A stretch of DNA of 63,259 bases, the filler included, from Octopus bimaculoides (Eukaryota): the NCBI RefSeq assembly GCF_001194135.2. It is 5 parts of 5 records of this genome, joined end to end, with 100 filler letters (N's around TTAATTAATTAA, not from the genome) between each part and the next. Parts side by side here need not be neighbours in the genome. Positions count along the whole stretch, not along the records: positions 1 to 26,184 come from NC_069005.1; positions 26,285 to 56,308 come from NC_068986.1; 3 more parts are not named here. The stretch is one strand, 5' to 3'. The notes beneath the pieces are model-generated. The model was given only the letters and a program-made list of their open reading frames with translations. It did no database searches and was not told the origin of the DNA. Positions 23,219 through 35,000 of this stretch are shown here, piece after piece (within the stretch, counting starts at the first letter, position 1; each line of letters begins with the position of its first letter). The position numbers and the translations under genes are program-made.

Positions 23219-23889
23219 ACATGCATGTGCATACACATGTCTGTGTTTCACTTGTGCTTATGTGCGTATATATGGCCTTTCCCACTACACTGTTTATATC
23301 CGTGGCCTTTATATTGTTGTTATTGTTATCGCCATTGTTCTTGGTGGTACTTTCACCCTCCCCTCACCTACATTTTCTCTTCTGTTGCTGCTGCTGCTGT
23401 TCTTGACCCTTTTGGTATTGCTTTTGTATCTTTCTATGTTTGTGTGTCCATTCATGTTGTTATCATCGTTGTTGTTGTCATCATTGTTGTTGTTGTTGTG
23501 GCCATTTGTGAAGTTACTCTATGTGTATTTTGTCTGTGTATATGGGTTTGGTTACTGTTTGTATCCATGCCCTTTATATAGTTTTATTTTTTTGTTTATT
23601 TATCTCTATTTCTTATATTTATCATAGGTGTGTGCATATCTGTCTTTTGTGTGTATATTACACTGTTTGTACCAGTGTCTTTTTTTCTCCTTTCTGCCTT
23701 TAGTCACCATGTTGTGTGGTGGTGGTGGGTGTTATTGTTCCATTTGTTTTCTGTTGAGGCTCAGTATGTTTATTACTATGTGTATGGCCTCTGTAATCTG
23801 TCTAAGTGTTGTGTCAGTTCTATGCGTTGATAATACCTTAATCTCTATGTTATTAACCAAGCTTCTATATTCTGCTTGAGCATGTTGAT

Positions 23890-24062
23890 GAGCTAATATT
23901 TACGTCTTTGTAACTTAGCCATTTGGCAAAAGAGACCAATAGAATAAGTACTAGGCTTACAAAGAATAAGTCCTGGAGTTGATTTGTTCGACTAAAACCC
24001 TTTAGGGCAGTGCTCCAGCATGGCCGGAGTCAAATGACTGAAACAAGTAAAAGACTAAAAGG
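23890..24062 (+). mobile_element. SINE family 1, 3' half, about 170 bp upstream of exon E
   Basis: gtaacttagcc...aagtactaggcttacaaagaataagtcctgg...gactgaaacaagtaaaagac. Confidence 0.8.
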
Positions 24063-24234
24063 ACTACATATAATGTAGACCTGCATATATTACTGTTGAA
24101 ACCATAATGGAACGGTGTTGGTTGGAGCATCTCTGATAAAAGTTCTCTTCTTTTTCAGGGCTGAACTGGGGCATTATATATTAACCACAATGAAAGAAAC
24201 AGTCTTAATGTCTCCGTTCCTGTTTTATTTCTAG

Positions 24235-24369
24235 ACAAATAATGGCTCACTCTTACTGATACCACTGAAAAACAAGAAGAATAAGGTGTTTGGACTGTTG
24301 GGCATTGATACATTACACTGTCCCTCTGAGACGGGTGTGTTTGTTAGCCACGAAATCAAATACTACCAG
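24235..24369 (+). CDS. EFCAB5: EFCAB5-like exon E (phase 0/0), GAF-like strands: TNNGSLLLIPLKNKKNKVFGLLGIDTLHCPSETGVFVSHEIKYYQ
   Basis: Acceptor gttttatttctag|, donor CAG|gtcagt. 135 nt = 45 codons. Matches recalled human [26 protein letters not shown]...IFLPHEIRFYQ, including the GAF 'PL...VFGVL' motif. Confidence 0.9.
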
Positions 24370-24475
24370 GTCAGTCAGTTGTCACTTTTGTTTATTACCA
24401 AAGTATGGTTTGGTAGAGTTGTTAGAGTGTTGGACAAAAAAAATTTTAAGCATTTAGTTATGACCCTTTACATTC

Positions 24476-24672
24476 TGGAGGCACATGGCTTAGTGGTTAA
24501 GGTGTTGGACTCATGAGTGTAAGATCAGGGTTTTGATTCCTGCTCCAGTCCACTCAGCTGGCAAAAATGAGTAATCCTACAATAGACTGGCATCCTGTCC
24601 AGGTGAGGAATATATATACCATAGAAACTGGGGAACCGACTCTATGAGTCTATATCACTTGGAAAGGAACTT
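24476..24672 (+). mobile_element. SINE family 3 variant (same head/core as 14222, different tail Y)
   Basis: tggcttagtggttaagg A box; ctccagtccactcagctggcaaaaatgag; tail agactggcatcctgtccagg...catagaaactgggg. Confidence 0.7.
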
Positions 24673-24879
24673 TACCATTTTTTAAATTTACATTCTGAGT
24701 TCAGATCCCGCAAAAGTTAGCCTTGTCTTTTATTATTTTGATGAGATCAAGAAAATAAATACCAGGGAAGTACTGAAGATTGATGCAATTTTCCTATAAA
24801 TCAATTAGAATATAATAAAAAAAAAAACTAAGACTACATGTTCTCATTTGTACTGTTGGTGGTTGATTTAATATTCCTA

Positions 24880-25085
24880 TAGATATGAATGGTTGTAGCA
24901 TGAAAAACACATTCAGTATATGCTATAAAGTATTTGACATTAGGAAGGGCCTCCAGCCATAGAAACCATGTGAAACAGAGACTGGAATACAATGCAGTTC
25001 TTAGACCCATTGCTTCCTGTCAAACCATCCAACTCCTACCAGCATGGAACAGAACACAGATATTATATGATGATGTTGATGAATG
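24880..25085 (+). mobile_element. RTE-LINE 3' tail remnant
   Basis: gacattaggaagggcctccagccatagaaacc...aaccatccaactcctaccagcatgg...atgatgatg. Confidence 0.7.
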
Positions 25086-25121
<36 letters not shown>

Positions 25122-28100
25122 NNNNNNNNNNNNNNNNNNNNNNNNNNNNNNNNNNNNNNNNNNNNNNNNNNNNNNNNNNNNNNNNNNNNNNNNNNNNNNN
25201 NNNNNNNNNNNNNNNNNNNNNNNNNNNNNNNNNNNNNNNNNNNNNNNNNNNNNNNNNNNNNNNNNNNNNNNNNNNNNNNNNNNNNNNNNNNNNNNNNNNN
25301 NNNNNNNNNNNNNNNNNNNNNNNNNNNNNNNNNNNNNNNNNNNNNNNNNNNNNNNNNNNNNNNNNNNNNNNNNNNNNNNNNNNNNNNNNNNNNNNNNNNN
25401 NNNNNNNNNNNNNNNNNNNNNNNNNNNNNNNNNNNNNNNNNNNNNNNNNNNNNNNNNNNNNNNNNNNNNNNNNNNNNNNNNNNNNNNNNNNNNNNNNNNN
25501 NNNNNNNNNNNNNNNNNNNNNNNNNNNNNNNNNNNNNNNNNNNNNNNNNNNNNNNNNNNNNNNNNNNNNNNNNNNNNNNNNNNNNNNNNNNNNNNNNNNN
25601 NNNNNNNNNNNNNNNNNNNNNNNNNNNNNNNNNNNNNNNNNNNNNNNNNNNNNNNNNNNNNNNNNNNNNNNNNNNNNNNNNNNNNNNNNNNNNNNNNNNN
25701 NNNNNNNNNNNNNNNNNNNNNNNNNNNNNNNNNNNNNNNNNNNNNNNNNNNNNNNNNNNNNNNNNNNNNNNNNNNNNNNNNNNNNNNNNNNNNNNNNNNN
25801 NNNNNNNNNNNNNNNNNNNNNNNNNNNNNNNNNNNNNNNNNNNNTATATATATATATATATATATTTAATAATCAATTAAGATAACAAAAGATGGGTTTT
25901 GTATTAGTTTTATTGCATATGATAATCATTTCGACACATCCTGTAACTGTCTTTTCTGGATGGGATTTTGTGCATCATACTGTTTTGCATCAGTTTTGCA
26001 GTCTGGGTCATGTCAGGTACGTGCATACATAAAGTGGTGTCCTGCTATAAATATTGAGTTCAGGCAGTCATATTGGTTTTTGTCCACTTCATCAGCGAAT
26101 GACATAAAGCCATTAGTCTAAAAATTACACACACTCACACACATATGTGTGTGTGTATGTGGTGTGTGTGTGTGTGTATGTATANNNNNNNNNNNNNNNN
26201 NNNNNNNNNNNNNNNNNNNNNNNNNNNNTTAATTAATTAANNNNNNNNNNNNNNNNNNNNNNNNNNNNNNNNNNNNNNNNNNNNCCATCTCAAGAGATAG
26301 TTTTTTATTTGTTTATTTACAATTTCTAGTATTGGATGGATATCTCTCTCAATTTAGACATTTACAAGAATTATTGGAATACTATTTTTTTATAGGACAC
26401 TAACACTTTAATGAGGGTAAGAAGATCAACTGATACAAACAGGATGTTATGTGTACTTACAGAAATAACTGTTAACAAAAGCTTTCAACCCTGAATGCAG
26501 GGCTAAAAGTTTAAGCTCAGCCACTGCTCTAACAGTTTTAAATTTTGCAGGCCAATGAGTTACAACTGGTTACAAATGAGTGTTCTGCAATAGCACCTCA
26601 CTAAAATTTATTCTCAACATTCATGGAAAATGCCCTGGATCATAAGATTTCAACCTTACCCGAAAAATCTTCATAAATATTGACTTACGTTTGCAATTCA
26701 TATAAATATTAAGTGATTAAAAAACTTGTAATTTGAGTTTCTGATGAAGATATTTTATTAGGACAAAAGTTGCACTTTATGCTGTTGGAATCTGTACATA
26801 CATATTTTATTATATTTTGTTATTTCACTGATATGGTATTATTCAGTACACCAGTTTCTCTGATCTCCTGAACAAGAGTTGAAGTACAGAAAGTAATTCA
26901 CATGCCTAAAAGAACTCAATATTTGGTCATAGTAGTAACTCTTTTTTCTATTTGATTTTAGGAAACTGTGGTATTTTGTAGAAAAATGTACACTTCAATG
27001 ATTGCTTTTCTAAGATGTAATTCTGCATTGCAAATTCCAAGTTTCATGTTTCTAATTATTGTTTTGGGTTATTAAAATAACTACTTAGTTTCTTTTGATG
27101 GCTTTTAAGCATTGCTTTTTATTGATTATATTTTCCCCTTTTTATATTGGATATTATTAGAAAATTATCTCATCTAATATTTCATCTTTTTACTCCAAAA
27201 CTGCATACAACTGTATTTGTCGGATGTATAATGTTTAGATATCTTCTATTTCGTATGTATATATGTATATATATATTTCTTGCTCTTCTCAGTTATTCTG
27301 TTAATTCCTATCTCTGGTTAGGATTAAATATGGTAAAGTTAAAAATCAAGAACACAATGTATTGGTTTACCATCTTGATAGTGTCAAATTCAGGCTTGGC
27401 AGGCATTTGTTGAATATTTATTATTATGTTCCTCAATTCACCTAGCTATTAGGAATGCATACCAAATCATCCAGTTTCCTTAATAAGATGAGATCTTTGA
27501 ATCCTTATGAGGTCTTTGAAATATTTTTTCTTATATCTCAGTTATAATTCTGGATAGAAGGTAATAACAGTGTGAATCATTCCAAAAGTGGTTAACACTT
27601 AGACTGTTAAAGACTTTCTACTCTGATAGCAAAGTCTTTGTATCAACTCTACTTTCTTTTTAAAGATTAATTCTTTAAAATCTTGTTTTGTTGACAGTAA
27701 AATTCTTCCAGAACAATAATTATCTACTGTTATACTGGTAATTTTAAGACCGAAAATTGTTACATGCATGCCCCTCCCCAAATCTTTTATAACATAGTTA
27801 AAGCAAATTGCTTTTTATGAAGAATCAGTCATTTAGCTGGATTTTTTGTTTTTTAATAATTTTAGCACTTGATCTTTTTAAGCTGTTGTTAAAGATATAT
27901 TTGCTGCATTGCAAAATGTTTAGGCCAGCACAATAGATTTTGCTTCCTACTTGGAGTGAATTCAGTTCACTTTTGCTGCTTCTCACCAGCTAATGTTTTT
28001 TCTCTTCACTATTAGTTCCTTTGTACCTAAGGAATTGGTGTAATGTAAATTTTATAATTTCAATGCTTTTTCTTCTTTTTTTTTTTGTTTATCCAGTAGG

Positions 28101-28653
28101 TCATCCCTGATCAAACAAAACTAATACCAAAGTTAACCCATCCCACCTTTCAGATTTTATGTATCTAGAACTACATTATTCAATGTTTTACTCTAATTTG
28201 TTAAGATGTTATAGAAGCTTTCTTGTTGGCTTGAGTATTCTTGACATTATGTAAAACTATTCTGTAAAATATATTTGAATCCTTATTCTTTATCAAGAAA
28301 ACTCAATTGTCTGTAACAACATATATTGAAACAAACAATTCTGTTGACACTGTGGAATTGATGTTACAAGGACATTTACATGGGTATGTCTGTGCACATG
28401 TACCACTGTGGGATGTATCACATGGGTGCATACATTCATGCATGCATGAGTATAATCACATATGCAGTCTGAGAACGTTCTCATAATGTGTGTATGCATG
28501 CATACATAGTGTAATGAGAACATTTTCAGACTGCACATGATAAAGACATGCGTACAGCTGATGATCATGTGTGCAGCCTTTGGCATTTTCACATCTCGCC
28601 TGCCCCATCTACTGACTTGGTGATCAACAGGTGTATCAATATACATATACAGT

Positions 28654-28702
<49 letters not shown>

Positions 28703-29187
28703 ATACTGAACACATCTGAGTACATTTGGATATGGTAAGACATGCTGCAGAAATTGTCTAGAGAAAAATTCTCTTTATAAACAATGTGTAAAAAAAACAT
28801 ACCATTAGGTTATAAATGACATCACCAGACCATGTAACTCCTTTGTCATAGTACATTTGTCAACTACTGATGCCAAGTTGTCCTTTCAGAGCCTCTAAGA
28901 ATAGGTTGTTCTTATATTAGAACAGCAAATGCTATGTATATTTGCTGATGTGTGCAAAGCTTTGCCAAGCTGGAACTAATTAATTAGAGGTGCACTAAGC
29001 AGCACGGAGTGTTGCCCCATGGTCTGATGATGTCAGTCATAGACCAATGGTGTGATTTTTCACATATTGTTTATAACTTTCTCTTGAGACAATTTCTACT
29101 GAATGTCTTCCCATGTTTGAGTGTACACAGACAAACTAAGTATGAATGTATATGCTTATATATCATTCAATGCTGTTTAATATGCCT

Positions 29188-29223
<36 letters not shown>

Positions 29224-29381
29224 CCCAGCTCGTATCCTCTGGAAAAAAAAAAAAAAACAGGCTGTGAACTTTTTTCTCTTGCCTGTATACTCCTATCTAC
29301 TTTTACTCTTTATTCTTATATCTGCTATTTTATTCCTTATAAACTCTGAATTTCGCTGTCTAGAACTTTCATACATACCTT

Positions 29382-29456
29382 GTCTCTGATGAAGAAATAC
29401 CCAGTGTATGGACATGCTAGCCTATCACTTGGGATATCCAGAAACAGCTATAAGAC
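29382..29456 (+). ncRNA. Type I hammerhead motif (Penelope/retrozyme type)
   Basis: GTCT-CTGATGA-stem II (ataccca-gtg/cac-t-tgggatat)-GAAAC-AGCT-ATA-AGAC; stem I GTCT/AGAC. Confidence 0.55.
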
Positions 29457-29645
29457 TTCAAATTCACCTTATATATAAGAGATATTGGCAGCCAGAAGAC
29501 TTAAGGTGGCAGGTAATGTTATGTGCTATGGAAGGACCATAGTTAAACTCTCGGTTTGATAATAATACAAGTGAGGAGTCTAAAGTGGATCTTGTATGAA
29601 CATGTATATTTAACACATACTTGTTCATTTTATTTAACACACACA

Positions 29646-29685
<40 letters not shown>

Positions 29686-29696
29686 TGCGTGCATGT

Positions 29697-29897
29697 GGGG
29701 CAGTGAGCTGGCAGAATTATTACACCGAAAAAAGTGCTTAGTGCTATTTCTTCCGAATATGTTTGGCTGCTAGGTTTGACTCTGCCTTTTATCCTTTCAG
29801 GATCAATAAAATAACTACCAGTTGAACACTGAGGTTGATGTAATCGACTTACCCCGACCCTCGAAACTGCTGGCTTTGCACTAAAATTTGAAACCTG
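29697..29897 (+). mobile_element. SINE family 2
   Basis: gggcagtgagctggcagaattatt...ctaccagttgaacactgaggttgatgtaatcgactt. Confidence 0.75.
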
Positions 29898-30100
29898 TGT
29901 GTGTGTGTGTATAAATATATATATATATATATATATAGTAGTGTTTATATGGCAACAGAATGTAGCAATCCTATAAAGGATGATGTTACTGTTGTTTTAG
30001 CCCCAGGAAAATATCTTTTCTAGCTGGCTATCGCCACAGTTTGTACCTGTTTAGCATTTGCAAGGGAGCTCATCACTCCCATCACTAGCCTTATATGAGA

Positions 30101-30144
30101 CTCACAGCCCTAAGTTTCTGGATGTTATCCATCCTCAGTATAAG
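30101..30144 (-). ncRNA. Compact 44-nt type I hammerhead motif with a mutated cleavage triplet
   Basis: CTTATA-CTGAGGA-TGGAT-AAC-ATCCA-GAAAC-TTAG-GGC-TGTGAG; stem I 6 bp and stem II 5 bp are fully paired. Confidence 0.6.
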
Positions 30145-30219
30145 ACAACCACAAGCTAGTAACGAAAGCTCTCTTCACTTGCAAATACTACATATTTTTT
30201 TAAGCGATACACAGTTGCT

Positions 30220-30255
<36 letters not shown>

Positions 30256-31344
30256 TCTCTCAGCTCAGTCATTCTATTATAAGGTACTTTAGCTATGAGT
30301 TAATGCTTTTATGTGTGTGTGTAATTCGAACACACATACATTATTTTTTTGTAATCTATTATTTGCTACCTTACACATTGTTCATTATCTTTGACCATCT
30401 ACTTTCGTATTCTAACAAAGCTTTTTTATTAATTGTAAGCTCTTTCAATTCTTTATACTCTTCAGTTTTTCCTATATTACAGTGGCTATATACCCACTCA
30501 CAAATGTCAAACTGATAAGTAAATTATTTGTATACAATAATAAGGAAATCAGAAACAGAAAACCTTGTAATGAATCACAAGCACGATTTGTAAAGCTTGT
30601 AGTTTGATTATGTCTGTAGCTATGGACAGTTTGATTATGTTGGGTTGTTTATTTACAGATTGAGAACTACTAAATTGCAGTGGTGCTATTGAAGACACAG
30701 ATTAAGTTCATTTTTTTATGCAATTGATTCAGCCATCAGCTTTGTTGATTTGAATTTTTTTTATTTTCTGCGTGAAAATGCTACTCATTACATTTTATTT
30801 TCAACCTTTAGCACACTGTATTTTCTCTAGAATTGTTTCCCCTGCGACTACTCTGTTACTACAGGGGAGAAAATTCATACGATAACATGATGCACCTACA
30901 GTGTACTAAAGGTTAATATTCAAAGTGATTTTTAAAAATTTATTTTTGTTTATTCAAGTTTGTTACTTCCCTTGTTATCTTAATTTGAGTGTACCTTTTG
31001 TACCAAGATAGCTTATTGAATACTTGAGATTGCTCTTCTTGCTGTAATCATCATGTGTATTGTAGGTGTTAGATTTATCTTGAAGCAAATAGTTTTCAGG
31101 CTGAATATATAAAGTATCACTTTTTAGCTTGTATTTGTAAATTTTCATTTGGTTAATTTTTGTTGAATAATTTCCTCTCTTTTAAGGTATTGGACAAATT
31201 ACTCTTCATGTAAACTAAATGCAAATTTTTCTATAGTCATTTTGTTAGCCAGACATTTTTTACAGGGAAGATTGAAAATGAGTGACTTCACTTACATGAC
31301 AGTAAGTCTCAAGACCAGGAGATACACATTCACATGCCCATACA

Positions 31345-31515
31345 CTCCAAGACATGCACACACATATACACATTGGGTTTCCTTTAATTTCCATCTACTT
31401 TCACAATGCTTTGGTTGGTCCAGGGTTATAGCAGAAGACACTAACCTAAGGTGGTACCACACTGTATGACTGAACTGGGAAACAAGCTTCTTAACAATAC
31501 AGCCATGCTTGTGCA
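31345..31515 (-). mobile_element. SINE family 1, 5' half, decayed
   Basis: tttcctttaatttccatctac...aacaagcttcttaacaatacagccatgc. Confidence 0.65.
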
Positions 31516-31619
31516 TATTATTTATTTATATATATATATATATGTATTCTTTTATTGATTTCAGCTAGTGGTTATGGTCATGCTGGGGAATTATGATCAG
31601 CATTAATGCTTGTTTATTT

Positions 31620-32056
31620 TGAAATTCATTTCCTGACCCTCTCTCTGGTATCGGTGCTGGTGAAGTAGTGAGTTGGAGAAAACTGCCCTTTGTGTTTCTT
31701 TCAATGATGTAGGTTCATATGGTTTCCTTTTTCCGTATTCTGAATGTTCTCAGAATGTACCAGTCAGTCATCTGCACATAGTCACCATCTCAGAATGCGC
31801 ACAGATTGATGCATCATTACTCATGTAGGTTACCCGGTCATGCACTAACTTTGATTCTGATATTGCAATATTCTGCTGATTCTGTGTATTCTGATTACAA
31901 TCTTTTTGTGGGTCACCGGCAGAGTACTTGAGATTTCTTGGATTTGAGCTGCATATTGTTTTCTTCAGCCCACTTGTATACTGCGTTCGAGCCTTTCTGT
32001 CATTTTCAGTTATCTTGAGGATCCTTGACTGCTTGTGATACTTCTGTATCATCAGC
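31620..32056 (-). pseudogene. CR1/L2/Jockey-type LINE reverse transcriptase fragment
   Basis: Minus strand ADDTEVSQAVKDP...AVYKWAEENNMQL...YMSNDAS...MVTMCR; RT domains 5-7 with frameshifts. Confidence 0.75.
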
Positions 32057-35000
32057 GCGCACACACACACATTTACATGTGTGTACTTGTGTGTGCGTGT
32101 GTATATACATACACAAACTTATGCACTTGCACACACATGTATGTATTATATATCTGTGCTTGTGTTTACAATTTATTACATAATCGATCTTTCTGTCAAT
32201 ACATCTTTTCCAATAATTTACATATGATCTTTTGTTTATTGTTTCCTAAAGTTATTTTGTTCAGTATCAATATTTAATGATGGTTAGTTATTTATTGGCT
32301 CAAGTTTGTTACAATGAAATAATTACATATAATGTGTGTGAGTGTGCATGTAAATTTCTGTTTGGTGTATGTGGTTCAAAGCTTATTTGACATTGATAGA
32401 CTAGCTTCAACAAAAACAGCTGCAACAGTTGGATATGACTGATAGGCTGTGGTTTGCAGTGTATTTTCATCTTTCCTGGAGTGTTACAGTATTTGATGTA
32501 AACTGGCTTGTATATGTGTTTGAAGAAAGATGGTAGAAGTAGCTAAATGGCTGAGATGAAAATGCAGCAACTTGCAACATAGCTATAATGATGAATGTTG
32601 AATCCACATAAACAAAAAAAAATCAATATTTGTCTTCGTCATGATTAGAATATGAAGCTGACCCAGAGTTGTTGGCAGTTTATGGTTCCTGTAAGCAGAA
32701 GCCTAACTCTGACATTTGATTTTTCAGTTTAGCGGTAATTGAGCTTGTGAAACCCAGTAAAACAGAGGAAGAAAAACAGTTCTGCTAAATAGTGTGAGAG
32801 AAAAATACCCATTTTCTTATGCTCTCATCTGACCTTTACATCATCTTTCCTTTTTTTTTTCCTTTTTTTTTTTTGTTCCCTTCCCTATAATCTGTATGTA
32901 GCTAGGTAATCTGCCATGCTATGATATCTACAGTGACAAACATGTTATCGAAACAAATAATTGTTTCCATTCAAAATGAAAGGCGAGATTACAGAAAAGT
33001 AATCACAAATGATACTTTTATATAATCTATTGCAATCATTAAAACATTGCTATTCATTTAGCTTTTATATGTCAAAGTATTATTGCCTTCATTTTATGGT
33101 AATTTTATAAGAGTTGTTTCTGAATACCAACTTCAACAGTGAATATGATGATGTTGATAATAGTGAATTATATCTTTGTTGCAGCTCATTCTTTGTAACA
33201 ATGGTGTGGATTTGTATCTATGTCTATTAGAATTTATACCTTTTGTCAACCTGTCTGATCTGTCAATGGGTAGATGCCAGATGATTTGGAGTTAGACTAG
33301 CAGCTTGTGAAAATCATCATGAAATAATTACTGCTGTCTTTTTAGTCAAAACTTTTGGCTGAACACTTTCGTACTCCTGTTTGAGATTAGGGTGCCTTGC
33401 TGTCCTGCACCCGAACTACCAAAATTTTCACTAAGCAGCAGTGAGAAACTTAATCATGTTAGTATATGGTTTGGTGGGTAGAAGAGTTGAATAAAATATT
33501 ATTTAATCACTACATGAATTGTATTTTACCATATGTTTAATTCTATTGTACATATATTAGTTTTGAAATGAAAAGAAATATGACGAGTATTGCTTTGGTT
33601 AATTTTTTAATTCGTATGTATCTGAATAGCTTCATATTGCATAAAAAGTATAACCAACATATGTATTTACTATCTCTTATAAGTAATATTTTCTATTTGC
33701 CATGATTGTTTAAGTTAGATGAAATCTATTGTAAAGAAAAAAAAATTGTAAAAATTTTCTTAGTTCTGAATAATCTACAAGGAAAGTTACTTATAGCATA
33801 CAATGTAGAAATATTCCTTTCCAATTTTTTTCCTGATAAAAAAATTATTATTTTTAAAAAATTAATATAAAATCAAGTTTATATTAAAGCAGTAGGTTTT
33901 TTTTTTTCCATTTGTAAAGAGAAGGTAGTATGCATTTGAAAAAATCTTTTAAAAAATATTGAATTCCTATTACAAGTATTTATGGACTTTTATTTATTTG
34001 CTTAGAGCAAATTTGAACTTGGAATCTAGAGATAACATTAAACAATTATGTAAGACATTTAGTTTGACTGTTTCTTGTTCCTATGTTTTGATATTAATAT
34101 AAAAGTGTATGGCTCTTAGTTTCATGTTACATCTGTCTGGAAATTAAAATTCTTTTTATGTTTTTTTTTAATGATTGTTTAATCAGAACTTCCATTAATA
34201 GTAATTTTTTTATTTCATTATTTACAATCAGCTTCAATGTGAGCATTTATGTAAACTGATTTTCCCCCACCCCCATCTATTTATTATAACTTTAAAATCA
34301 TACTCAACTGTAATTTTGATCACAAAGTCTTAGCTCTTTTGATAATCAGGTTTATAATCTAATGTCCTTCTAGATTTGATAATCTACTAATGAAGTATAA
34401 TCTAAGTGTGTCCATTTAGTGTCCCTTAATCCTTTTGAATGTGGGAGCTTGTGGGCTTAAATACAAAAAGGTTTAGAATTAAATACCAATAATCTCAAAT
34501 TCATTTTTGCTTTAATTTTTTTTTGTTATTCAATAAAGAAGCTTGAATTGTTGGAGTCAGCATATATTGATTTCTTTTAACGAATATAGACCAGTTGGAA
34601 TTACAGTCCAAATCTCTATATGACTCATTGTAAGCTGTGAATAGTGTGATCTGTTTACACTGATAATTTTAATGTTCATCTTTGTATGTACTTGTTTTCA
34701 TGGTTGTAATGGTAAAATGGGTGATTGGGTATATGCTTTTCAGCATATAGCTGTTAAGTTTAAATTCATTAAAGATGCTTTGTTGTGAATTTGAGCAGAA
34801 TAACCTTAAATTCCTCATTGACACAGTTCACTTAATTGTTGGAATGAGTATCAGCTCATCTGCTAATGGGACTTGCAATAAATTTGTGTTCTAAATCATG
34901 AAACCAGCACCAAACACTGGCACTTAAGAGCCATTTGAGGTTTGGAAAATAAAAGCATTCAACATATTTTGTTCTATTATAGCTACTAAAATTAAATGAA

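Noticed and set aside
26229-26240. TTAATTAATTAA islands inside N runs (also 56353-56364, 59187-59198, 61816-61827)
   Set aside because: The same 12-mer palindrome with stops in all six frames, centred in equal N padding, is an assembly gap spacer, not biology.
26396-26417. 22-nt exon-like segment with strong donor (DTNTFNE G|gtaaga)
   Set aside because: Phase-compatible with exon E but does not resemble the expected continuation; no supporting evidence.
28298-28383. Exon-like KTQLSVTTYIET...HG|gtatgt, with SVTTY reminiscent of EFCAB5 SITTY
   Set aside because: The motif should be preceded by about 40 residues, but an in-frame stop lies about 10 codons upstream; probably coincidence.
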